Part shown: in pieces, positions 33,151 through 43,300 of the stretch | Numbering within the stretch: position 1 is the stretch's first letter | Layout of the letters: the number at the start of each line of letters is the position of its first letter | Source of the DNA: an uncultured Gammaproteobacteria bacterium | Lineage (GTDB): Bacteria; Pseudomonadota; Gammaproteobacteria; UBA6002 | DNA length: 64,000 bases | Reading direction: 5' to 3' | NCBI GenBank assembly: GCA_963705725.1 | Contig: CAVPKM010000009.1 | Span: 1 to 64,000, forward strand | Notes under the pieces: generated by a model | Database searches by the model: none | What the model was told of the DNA's origin: nothing | The model's input: the letters and a program-made list of their open reading frames with translations, nothing else | Made by a program: the position numbers and the translations under genes

Positions 33151-34884
33151 TTACATAACCAGACAGCTACCATCTTTTTTGTGAGAATTTTGAGGAATAT
33201 CGTCTTGATTTTCTTCATCGCTAGAGTTTCCACTGAATTCCTCACCAGAAGGATAGTAGACTTCTACAATTTCTCCCCGCTTGCGAAACTTGAAAAAATT
33301 TCCTAGCGCTGCTTTTTTAGAGTCATTTGCCGATCTGTTGCCAGATAGGGAATTGAGTATTGCAGGGTGATTGAACAGCTGAACGTAGAAAGGCAAATTT
33401 TGGATATTACTCATTTGAGTCGCTGAAAGGCTACCTATTAGCGCCTTGAAAGAATTAGAATCTTTATGTTCAAGATTTATCAAGGCATCCACATCCTGCA
33501 TTAACATGGCAAGATAAAAATCAAAAACGATTTCTTCTTGGTCTCCTTTGAATTCAAACAGCAGTGAAATAATAGCGCCTAGCTTTTCTTCATCATTTTC
33601 TGATTTTTGCAACATACAGCTTAAGCCTTCTCGAAAAAGAATTGCGGCTGTAGTATATTTATTTTCATCATCCAAACGCTGTATCCCACATGACTGCACC
33701 ATTGTGCAAAGAAATAACGGATCTTCAATATAGGCGAATGCAATTTTTTCTAAAATTCGATCCCTTATTGTTTCTTCTTGAAGTACAAGTTCCACTAGCC
33801 CTAAAGCATTCGCACGTTCTAAAATTTTTGCAATGATATCTCCCTCTCCCGCTTCCCATATCGATACGATGAATTTATGCGAAGCACCGATTGAAATTAG
33901 TTCAGTATCTTCTGCTCCATCGAGCGCCAAGCTAAATAATCTAGAGGCCTCAGCGTCACTCTGTAATTCATTCAATAAATCAAAAAATTCTATATTGTTT
34001 GCCTGACAAGCACGTTTCACATAGTCTTCAGCTGCATTTATACCGCTTAACCAATCTGTCACATATTGCTTAATATTTTTGCAATTGAAAATAATACGAT
34101 TTGAATCATTTTCAAATCCCAAATAATGAAAACCAGAATCTTGTTGATACTCATTAACTAAAGCTAGATCGCTTGTCATTCTTTCTTGTGTAGCTTTTAT
34201 TTGAGCTACATTTTTCCTTCTTAACGCTTCGTCCTCTAATAATTGAATTACTTGAACATTTCCTATATTTTTTGCTCGACTCAATAAATTAGAAGAGCTT
34301 CTAGCACCGTACGCTAATAATAATTTAACTAACTGAGAATTTTTCTGACAAACTGCATAGGTGAGAGGAGAATCTGTTCCAACCGCATAGGGTTTTAATG
34401 AAGCGCCCGCATCTAGCAGAATCTTTATTCCTTCTAGATCCCCATCAGCTCGAGCAGCATGTTGCAATATTGACATACCGTCATATGGCTTATTCATATA
34501 ATATTCTAGATGGGGTTTAAATTTATCCAGCAAAGTCTCATCTTTTCTACAAATAGCCCGACATAATTCATATAATAGAATTGCTTGACGACTACACTCA
34601 GTCAAAACCAATGGCTTCTGATTCTGATCATTTAAATCAATCAAATGCAGTGTTAAAAATCTTGTTCGAGCATCAGATTCGCTATTTTCTACTGTCATGT
34701 TGTTTTGATCCAATGCCCCACGCACCCGAGGATTCTTATAATAATCATCGAAATCAAAATAAACTTTTCCCCCTCGCTTCACAATATATCTAGGTATACG
34801 CATATATCGACCGGTAACTGAGCAACGTGGTAGTTGAGAGATTGCCTCTTGAATATAGCCCTGCTCGAACCCTTCTATTGTCAT
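33151..34884 (-). CDS. Ankyrin-repeat effector-like protein with C-terminal CaaX motif (CLVM), paralog A
   Basis: Ankyrin repeats (LQHAARA..ILLDAGA; SPLTYAV..LLLAYGA); ends KKDGSCLVM; paralog of 37197-39248. Confidence 0.8.
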   Translation of the reverse strand: MTIEGFEQGYIQEAISQLPRCSVTGRYMRIPRYIVKRGGKVYFDFDDYYKNPRVRGALDQNNMTVENSESDARTRFLTLHLIDLNDQNQKPLVLTECSRQAILLYELCRAICRKDETLLDKFKPHLEYYMNKPYDGMSILQHAARADGDLEGIKILLDAGASLKPYAVGTDSPLTYAVCQKNSQLVKLLLAYGARSSSNLLSRAKNIGNVQVIQLLEDEALRRKNVAQIKATQERMTSDLALVNEYQQDSGFHYLGFENDSNRIIFNCKNIKQYVTDWLSGINAAEDYVKRACQANNIEFFDLLNELQSDAEASRLFSLALDGAEDTELISIGASHKFIVSIWEAGEGDIIAKILERANALGLVELVLQEETIRDRILEKIAFAYIEDPLFLCTMVQSCGIQRLDDENKYTTAAILFREGLSCMLQKSENDEEKLGAIISLLFEFKGDQEEIVFDFYLAMLMQDVDALINLEHKDSNSFKALIGSLSATQMSNIQNLPFYVQLFNHPAILNSLSGNRSANDSKKAALGNFFKFRKRGEIVEVYYPSGEEFSGNSSDEENQDDIPQNSHKKDGSCLVM

Positions 34885-34932
34885 CAAGTAACCTCTCTAG
34901 AAAATTATTATGAGCCTACATATTCGCATTCT

Positions 34933-34952
34933 TATATTAAGTTAATATTATT
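34933..34952 (-). promoter_or_regulatory. PmrA-like box
   Basis: Minus strand AATAATATT-aa-CTTAATATA, ~49 nt upstream of the ATG. Confidence 0.55.
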
Positions 34953-35102
34953 TAACTAAAATATTGCTAAAATTTTCTAAGAGAATGTTTGACTGTGACA
35001 TGACCCATTATTTGGGCTATAAAAAGCACGCAATAGAAGGACGTAACAGTGGAAATTCCAGGAATGGAAAAACGAGTAAGATAGTTACCTATAGATTTTA
35101 AA
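34953..35102 (+). mobile_element. IS256-family transposase remnant
   Basis: DMTHYLGYKKHAIEGRNSGNSRNGKTSK matches the IS256 N-terminal motif. Confidence 0.75.
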
Positions 35103-35123
35103 AAAACATGTAATACTTAGTTT

Positions 35124-35240
35124 ATGAAAATACTATCTCAAACAAATCCTTATTTAAAAAACAAGGAAACCGCAAAATTTCTAAATGCCCGTTCGACAAG
35201 GACTTCTTGTGGGGTAGAGGGTATACTGCCTAATAGCTAA
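35124..35240 (+). CDS. Small ORF resembling a Fic antitoxin
   Basis: MKILSQTNPYLK...TSCGVEGI contains the (S/T)xxxE(G/N) motif; 38 aa. Confidence 0.4.
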   Translation: MKILSQTNPYLKNKETAKFLNARSTRTSCGVEGILPNS

Positions 35241-35382
35241 GTTATATTTATTTGTATTGATGAACGTCAGTCCATGGCTGTATTTTCCAAAATAAAAAAT
35301 CGATTAGATAAGACTTAAGACACACTTTCATCTTCCGGCACCGAATATCTATTTATTTTTTCCATCCTATCCACCTTCTCAT

Positions 35383-35935
35383 TTAAGGGCGCACTTGACC
35401 TTTACCACGCACGATGTATTTAAATGTGGTAAGTTGTTCAATACCAATTGGGCCTCGCGCATGCAATTTCCCTGTTGCAATGCCTATTTCAGCACCCATT
35501 CCAAACTCACCGCCATCAGCAAATTGCGTAGAAGCATTATGCATGACAATAGCGCTATCCACTTCCTGAAAAAATTTTTCTGCGGCTGAATTATCTTCGG
35601 TGATAATTGCATCCGTGTGTTGAGTGCCATGTACAGCAATATGCTCAATCGCTTCAGAGATATCTTTGACTATTTTTACAGCAATAATTGCATCCAGAAA
35701 TTCCTTATTAAAGTCTTCTTCTGTTGCTAGCTTTATTTTTGGATTTAATAGACATACTTCATGCTCTCCTCTTATTTCACAGGCAGCTTGAATTAAAGCG
35801 TTTAAGACCAGCGGCAATTTTGTTTGAATAATTTCTTTATCAACTAGTAAAATTTCGGTAGCACCACAAATGCCTGTACGACGCATTTTGGCATTCAAAA
35901 CCACTTTTTTTGCCATTTCCACGTCGGCAGTATGA
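35383..35935 (-). pseudogene. proA: Gamma-glutamyl phosphate reductase, C-terminal part only
   Basis: [37 protein letters not shown]; N-terminal part absent. Confidence 0.85.
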
Positions 35936-36012
35936 CGTAAGAGCGTAGATTTCTTAAAAAGGCAGTTGCCAACGCTTATAACTCATTATTATGTGTTTCG
36001 ATCCAAAAACAC

Positions 36013-36183
36013 ATGCAGCATCAACGACGACGACAGGGGATTTTAGCAGTTTTGGCAGCATTTTCATCTGAATTTTCACGACCAACCTGGAAAAATACTC
36101 AGGTTTTATTAATTGGAACCATATTGTGTCGTGGTCTAAGGTGCGGAAAAAAATCCAATGATGCTGCAGGGACGTCGCCATAA
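36013..36183 (+). mobile_element. IS701-like transposase N-terminal remnant
   Basis: ILAVLAAFSSEFSRPTWKNTQVLLIGTILCRG pattern, recognised from memory. Confidence 0.55.
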
Positions 36184-36348
36184 AACTAGACAAAATAAGA
36201 AAAAGTTGATGGACTTGACTCAAGTAGCGAACATTACCTCTTGTTACTCAATCAACTGCCTGTAGATGCCGCACGTGTTCGCTACATGGATAATTAAGCC
36301 TATGGACGAAATATGAAAATAAAAACCATTTTCTTAGCGAATCTCGAA

Positions 36349-36383
36349 ATTCTGCACGATTCTGCACGATTCTGCACGATTCT
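36349..36383. repeat. 10-bp tandem repeat (tctgcacgat)x3
   Basis: Directly visible next to the stop codon of the AlbA gene. Confidence 0.9.
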
Positions 36384-37047
36384 CACCGTTTGATCTTCCA
36401 TAATGCTGCACGACCTTTTCCTATTTGTTCAACCATAAATAATTTTTTCAGTACTGCTAAATCTGCCTTAATGGTTCGCAAACTAGCAACATCATTTAGC
36501 TGATCAAATATCTCATTAACACTCATTGACTGCCTGCTAGCTAAAATTATTAAAATTTTCTCTTGTCTTATATTCAAGACAATTTTTTCATGATAATCTC
36601 TTTCCCGTATGCTACTCATTGCTTCTTTGAAACGAAAAATAACTGAAAAACCACCTGAATATTCTTGAAACTCTGGATCAGGAGTACCATTTATTTGACA
36701 ATATTTGATCATACGAGTGGTTCCAGTCCCCCACCCCTCAACCCAACCACGTTTATAAAAAATAGTCGCTATTTCTTCATTTCTTGGATATGACTGATGT
36801 TGTTTTCTCAAATCTTCAATTTTTAATTGCGGAGGCAATGTCCCATTATTCCACAACTCCAATCTATCATCATAAATTGCAAGCAGTTGGCGCTATTGTT
36901 AACTCCAATTAAGACAACGCCACCTTTAGCATTCAAAAAAGCACAGCTTGACTGACATGCCTTACGCAACTCGCTAGTCGATGCCTTAAACTCAACCGAT
37001 GTAGATTCTCCTGATTGAACTAAAATTTTAACTTGAGCCAAATCCAT
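36383..37047 (-). pseudogene. AlbA_2/Schlafen-HATPase_c_4-wHTH protein with a large internal deletion
   Basis: GESTSVEFK...AFLNAKGGVVLIGV joined out of frame to YDDRLELWNNG...PRNEEIA...EGWGTG and an HTH. Confidence 0.75.
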
Positions 37048-37196
37048 TAATTGCTCACCTTATGTTATTTAATCACTAGCTTAAGCATGAGCTTTGGCAA
37101 GTAATTTGTTGTTCATACACTAATTATAATAATTTTAGGAATTGAGATAAATTCAATTATATACCATCCCGTTTTGGCGGGATGATATATTATTTT

Positions 37197-39248
37197 TTAC
37201 ATAACCAAACAGGATTCTTTGGTATTTTGTTTCTCTTCCTCTTTTATCGTATCGTTGTTTTGCTCAGGGTTATTAACAATATTCCATTCAGTCATGCTTT
37301 CACCCGCTGAGTTCTGGTCGGATTGCATCTGCACTTTATTTATTATTAGCGGCTTAGGTTTCGTTACTTTTTTACTAAAGAAAGAAAACTCTGCCTTTCC
37401 TTGCTCTTCTTGATCTTTTGCAAATAATTCTGTCAAAGAGTAAGTTGACCAAGCCAATTCTTCATTAGGATCGTTATAGTCAACCTCAGTTTTTTTAGTG
37501 GAAAGTCTTTTAACTTCAGGCTGTGCCATCAATTCAACATAAAAAGACTTGTCTTGAATTAAATTCATTTGTTGGGAAGACATTCCTCCTAGCAATGCGA
37601 TAAAGGAAGTAGGGTTTTTTCCGGCAAGCTCTATTAAGGTATTGACATCTTGCATTAACAAAGCGGTATAAAAATCGAAAATGATTTCTTCTTTACCTGC
37701 TGTACTATTGGATTGTGGCCATTGATCTTTGAGCTCGAATAGTAGGGATATAATCGTGACAAAGGCTTCTTCTCCATTTTCACAGTGTAAACCCGACTGA
37801 AAAAGCGTTTCCGCTATCACCTGTTTATTTTCTTCACCTAACCTCACTATGCCAGATGATTGCACAAGCTTACAAAGCAACAAGGGATCTTCCAGATAAA
37901 CCAAGGCACCTGTTTCAAAAATCCGATTCACCACGACATTCTCTTCCAGGATGTCTGCCAGTCCTAAACCGTTCGCACGTTCTAATAATTTTGCGATGGC
38001 GCTGGAGTCATCTGCTGACCAGATTAATCCAACAAAATGATGTAAAGCACCCGTGAGAAGCACTGAAGGATCTTCTGCTCCCTCAAGGATGAGCGCAAAT
38101 AGTTGACTGGCTTCGGCTTCCGGTAGTGCATTTAATAAATCGAAAAATTGAATATTATTTTCCTGGCAAACGCGTCTCACATAGCCTTCAGCCGCAGGAA
38201 TACCGCTTAACCAATCAGTAACATATTGTCTTGCATCTTCGGGATTAAAAACAATACGATTAGGATCTTCTTCCAGCCCTAAGTAATGAAAAGCGCGATC
38301 TTTTTGATATCCTGCAATAAATGCTTGCTTTTCTTTATCTCGTTTTAATTTTTCCGCTTTTAACAGCTTATAAGAAGGACGATGCCAATGCCATGTTTGA
38401 CCATGCCAACCATCGGTCATTTTCAAAATTGATCGATTTAATCGATATTTATCTAAAACTGTTCTCCCTTCTTTATTCTTTATATCAATATCCGCACCTC
38501 GTTCGAGTAATAACCTGATGATCTTTTCGGAAACCTCTTGCTGTACGGGCAACTTGTGTAAGACAGTCTCACCTTGAAAATCTATTGCATTTACCTTCGC
38601 GCCATGGTCTAAAAGTAATTGAGTTATTTCATAATCACCAACTCTTACTGCTACCGGCAATTCTCGAGAGCATTCCGCTCCATACTGAAGTAATAATTTG
38701 ACTAATTTATAATTTCGCTTCTTAACCGCATACCGCAGGGCAGAAGGCTCTGTAGTGAGATATGGCTCTAACGAAACTCCTGCCTTTAATAAAAGCTCTA
38801 TTGTTTCTAGATCGGCAACTTTGACAGCATGTTCCAAAATTGTCTTATCTCCATAAGACTTAGTAACATAATGTGCTAAAAAGGGTTTAAATTTATCAAA
38901 TTGCAACCTCTCCTTTTTGAGGATAACGTTTAAAAATTCGATTAACATGAATGTTGCGCGACCTGATTCAGACAAAACAAGTGGTTTTTGCGTCTTGAAA
39001 TCAATTAATAGATCTGCTAAATTTGCCGATCTTGAATCACAAGTTAACTCTGCAGCTGAAACATAAAGAGAGAAACTCATATTCGCTTTGTTTAATGCGC
39101 TTCGCATGGGAACTAATTCATAATAAACTCTCTCTCCATCTTTAATAGCATAATAAGGTTCTTCCATATATCGACCATTAACTGAAGAGCGGGGTAACCC
39201 AGCGATTCTTTCTTCAATATAATTCAATTCAAATTCTTCAATTGTCAT
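37197..39248 (-). CDS. Ankyrin-repeat effector-like protein with C-terminal CaaX motif (CLVM), paralog B
   Basis: Four or more ankyrin repeats (GETVLH, LLERGADIDIKNKEGRT); ends TKESCLVM; start MTIEEF matches paralog A MTIEGF. Confidence 0.8.
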   Translation of the reverse strand: MTIEEFELNYIEERIAGLPRSSVNGRYMEEPYYAIKDGERVYYELVPMRSALNKANMSFSLYVSAAELTCDSRSANLADLLIDFKTQKPLVLSESGRATFMLIEFLNVILKKERLQFDKFKPFLAHYVTKSYGDKTILEHAVKVADLETIELLLKAGVSLEPYLTTEPSALRYAVKKRNYKLVKLLLQYGAECSRELPVAVRVGDYEITQLLLDHGAKVNAIDFQGETVLHKLPVQQEVSEKIIRLLLERGADIDIKNKEGRTVLDKYRLNRSILKMTDGWHGQTWHWHRPSYKLLKAEKLKRDKEKQAFIAGYQKDRAFHYLGLEEDPNRIVFNPEDARQYVTDWLSGIPAAEGYVRRVCQENNIQFFDLLNALPEAEASQLFALILEGAEDPSVLLTGALHHFVGLIWSADDSSAIAKLLERANGLGLADILEENVVVNRIFETGALVYLEDPLLLCKLVQSSGIVRLGEENKQVIAETLFQSGLHCENGEEAFVTIISLLFELKDQWPQSNSTAGKEEIIFDFYTALLMQDVNTLIELAGKNPTSFIALLGGMSSQQMNLIQDKSFYVELMAQPEVKRLSTKKTEVDYNDPNEELAWSTYSLTELFAKDQEEQGKAEFSFFSKKVTKPKPLIINKVQMQSDQNSAGESMTEWNIVNNPEQNNDTIKEEEKQNTKESCLVM

Positions 39249-39293
39249 ATCTAGCACTCTTATAAATTTTATAAAGCAATAGCTTGTCATATT

Positions 39294-39313
39294 TATATTA
39301 AACTAATATTAAT
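39294..39313 (-). promoter_or_regulatory. PmrA-like box
   Basis: Minus strand ATTAATATT-ag-TTTAATATA, ~46 nt upstream of the ATG. Confidence 0.6.
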
Positions 39314-39450
39314 TGATGAATATCAAATAGCAGAAATGAAATAGCCGTTAGATTGCGTAATATTACGCCTAGACGATCTATTTATCAGACACTACACTTA
39401 ATATTTTATAGTCATAGATAAATACTTAAATTAAGTAGGAGTGAATACCA

Positions 39451-40223
39451 ATGAATAAGCCCAATCGAATTTTTGTTGTTGGTCACCCTGGTGCTGGTAA
39501 GATGATTTTTTCCAAAGCCTTTGCAGATAAAATTCAATGGAATTTTATCGATGCGGATATAGGTTAGAGTATCGAATTGGAAAACCGCTTTCTGAAATCC
39601 TAGGGATTGAAGGGTCCAGCGTTTTCCAGACATGTCAACAGAGCATACTACAGTTACTAATTAAACAAAATAATGTGGTGATATCAACGGATGTAAGCCT
39701 AATTTGTGATGAAAAAAATCGAGAAGTGTTAAAAAATGAATTTGTCATTTTTTTAAAAACCAGCACTTCGACACAAATAGAACGAATAGCACGCAACCCA
39801 ATGCCGCTCCTACCTACCGATCTCACTCAACTTTTTAATTATTTACATGAAAATAGAGAACACCACTTTGAGTCATTATCCAATTTGATTATAGATGGCA
39901 ATGACAGCAACATAGATAACCTTATCTCGACAGCAATATTAAAGACATTTGGTGAAAATATGGCTACTGCGCCTTCAAGCAAAATTTCACTCGATCGGAA
40001 AGATATGGTGTTATTTCATAAATTGTTAGGGACTGCTGTTTATCTTCCTCATCAGCAGGCAATTTGTTTGAAGTTACTCGCTCAAGGCAAATCATCGAAA
40101 GAAATTGCCAGCTTGATGAATATTTCACATCGAACTATGGAAGGCTATATTGCCAAAACCATTGATGAATTAGGATGCCTATCCAGCAAGGAACTCATTG
40201 CCCTATATCATGAACAACCATAA
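39451..40223 (+). CDS. Shikimate kinase-like domain fused to a LuxR-type HTH, 1-nt frameshift near 39564
   Basis: MNKPNRIFVVGHPGAGK...FIDADIG continues as LEYRIG; C-terminal LAQGKSSKEIASLMNISHRTMEGY. Confidence 0.8.
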
Positions 40224-40314
40224 ACAGACTCTTACCCTGTGAGCAGTTGCAGTAGATGATTTTGAAATAAGACTGCGCTCACTTCATCAAAATTGTAAAA
40301 ATCATCGCAAGTAT

Positions 40315-43300
40315 TTAGTGATAATAACGTGATAGAGAGGAAGATTCTTGCTCATTAGATTGCAAACTATCAGTCTCCATACTAAACACCAATTTTTCTA
40401 ATGCTAAGTTCGAAACTTGCGTAGCAGCTTCAAAATTATTTTGGATTAACTGAGATAATTGTACAAGCATAGTCTTTAAGTTTGCATTTTCTCGTTTTAA
40501 TGGTGAAAAGTTATCAGCAGATAAAGCATCACAAGAAAATGTTAAGGAACCGTGATATTCAAGAAATAAGGAAGTACCTGCTTTAGCAACGTCAGGATTA
40601 TTTTTTACTAAAAAACACAAATCAATCAATTTATTTTTCAAATTTTCATTTTCTTGTTCTAATCGATTATCTGCATAAGAATGATCACTAGACAGTTGCT
40701 TATCATTTTGATTTGTTTCAAAAAAAGCGCTGATAGATTCTAAAAATAAGGAAGGCAATTGCGCTTGCGTATAATTTTGTTTTAAATGGATATTTTTAAT
40801 AAGATAAGTAATTATTTGATCAATGGGTAATATATTGTTAGACATAAGAATAAGATTTTTTATTTCATTTGCGATTTGATCTGTGTTAGCTAAAATAGTT
40901 TTTAAATAATTAGATAAATCCTTAATTATTTTTTCCGCAGCACCTTTAAACTCTTTTTTATTATTTTCAAGAAAATAATTTACCGCACTAAAAAACTCGC
41001 TCAAAGCAGACGTTTGTACAATCAAACTAATATTTAAATTCCTTGTTTTCGATAGCGTAATCGCATTATCACTACCACTTTCATCGGCTAAATTACCTAG
41101 ATGCCAAAATATAGATGTCGATATTTCTAAACCAGCTCGATATCTTAAATCCAATAGTTCATTACATAGAAATTTAATAGTTTCCAGTGAACCATGCAGA
41201 ATGATGTAATGCAACAGCATGCTGTCATAAATATATTTTTGTTTTAACATATCAAAAGTAATATGATGCTTTAATTTATTCCATAGTAATTTAAATATTT
41301 TATAATTACTGGCATCGTATAATAACCTTAATTGATAGAAATAAATTATTTCGTCTGATTTACATGATTTGATTAGTAATTCAAAAATGGAATAATCAAC
41401 TTTTGCAAGCAAAGCAAACCTCAAAAGTGACAATCCCGATTGAAACGGCGGATGCTTAGCATAGAAATCGCTTAATTGACAAAGATAAGAACTAAACGAA
41501 ACTGATGATAATGAAAGGATAGCAGGGCTAAATGAGTCATTCAAAGCAAGCTGTAAAGGCAGATATTGTGGTGTTTTATCGATATTTTCTATTGTTTTAT
41601 TTTCAACAACAAGAAGATTCATTACTTCATTCATTGGAGAATTGATCAGCTTAGTATTGTAACACTCTATATAACTATTTATAGTCATTTTATTACGAGT
41701 ACTAATATTATTAAGACAGGGTAAATAGGTAGTATAATAGCACAGCAAATTAAAATGTATTTTTCGTATTTCTACAATAGCAGCTTGATATTTTTCCTTA
41801 CTATTAGCTAGCAATAAACCCTGCAAAGATTTTGGCAAAATAGGATTAATTTTTGTTTTATAATAATTTATTTCTCTTACAGCCTGCGTATTTTCTTCTA
41901 ATTCTAGGTAAGTATTTTGATTAAATGAATTCATTTCCTTTGTTAAATAACTAAAAAATTCAGCGAGGCTATTTTCATCAAGCTCTTCTAGGATATATCG
42001 AGATAATTCTAAAATAAGTGCTCCGGATGAATAAAGTGAATTATCCTCATATTCACTCTGCTGGAACCTGGTTTCTGATAGCCAGATTATTAGCTCTGGA
42101 TTCAATTGCAGCATACCGTTTAATGCGTCATAAAATGTTTGTATTTTAGAAATACCAAGAGGATTAACTATGATCAATTTTTTTTCAAAATACATTCCTA
42201 ATATGTACTGAATTGGATCATTCGATTCTTTTGAAATAAATAATCCAGGTCGATTTGTCTTATCGCTTAATAAAATTAATTTACTTAATTGTAATTGAAA
42301 TTTTTCAATGTATTTACTATCCTCAACATCGCTAAAGAGGTAATAGACACAATGTGATGAATTTTTAAATGAAGGTAAAAAACAATCAAAGAAAGAAGCA
42401 TCATATGATGAATGAAAATCCAAACAATTCGCAGCCTGATTATCTCCTAAAAATTTTTGCACAACTTTGGATAAAGTTGACGTAATTGATTTGTTAACTG
42501 GTGCTCCTTTCTTCAATAATAGACTGATTGTTTCTTTCTGTTGAGAGCTAACAGCCAATGCTAAAGCACTTGCTCCATAATATAACGAAGACTGTAACGC
42601 TTTCCTACAATCGTATTCATTCAAAAAAAATTCAATTAGGCTACTATCTTTAAAAGAGATGGCTTCTGCCAATACAAGAGGATGAAGAAAAGTCCCTTTA
42701 TCTATAAAGCAGGATAAAATCGCTTTTCTGTAATCATTTATTTCTTCTTTGTTAGGCACATTTTTACTTTTTTCCATGATGCGTTTGAACACCGTTTCTC
42801 CCGCATAAGAAGCTAATAAAAATTTTTGTTTCTTTCCCGGATGTTCTCGTCGTAATAGAAGAAATAATAAACAAGTATCTTTGACCGATATCCCCTCCCA
42901 TAGCGTTTTCACGACGTCCACATATTTCACAAGCGCGTGCATAGCAGGGGAAATGCAAGATCTTCCCATTTCTAACTTAATTCCCATGGGGATTAAACTA
43001 TTAGCAATAAAATCAGATAATTCACTTGGCATGAGTTTGTCTGTCGAATGTAGCAAATCGCACAACAAATAGTCTAAAAGATGGCATTCATGACTATCTA
43101 AGGCATTGATCTTAGCGCCGCACTCAATAAAGAATTCGATTAATTTGATGTTTTTTGTTTTAGCAGAAATCAACACTAAAGGATAAGCATAAAGCTGTTT
43201 TGAATTCGAAAACTCAGCAAAGAAAGTATCAATTAATTTTTTTAAATCAGAGAAATCGATTCTTATTTTATATTCAATAAGTTGATGGATTATTTTCGCA

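Noticed and set aside
35954-36223. 89-aa minus-strand ORF
   Set aside because: Antisense to the IS701-like remnant and has no recognisable motif
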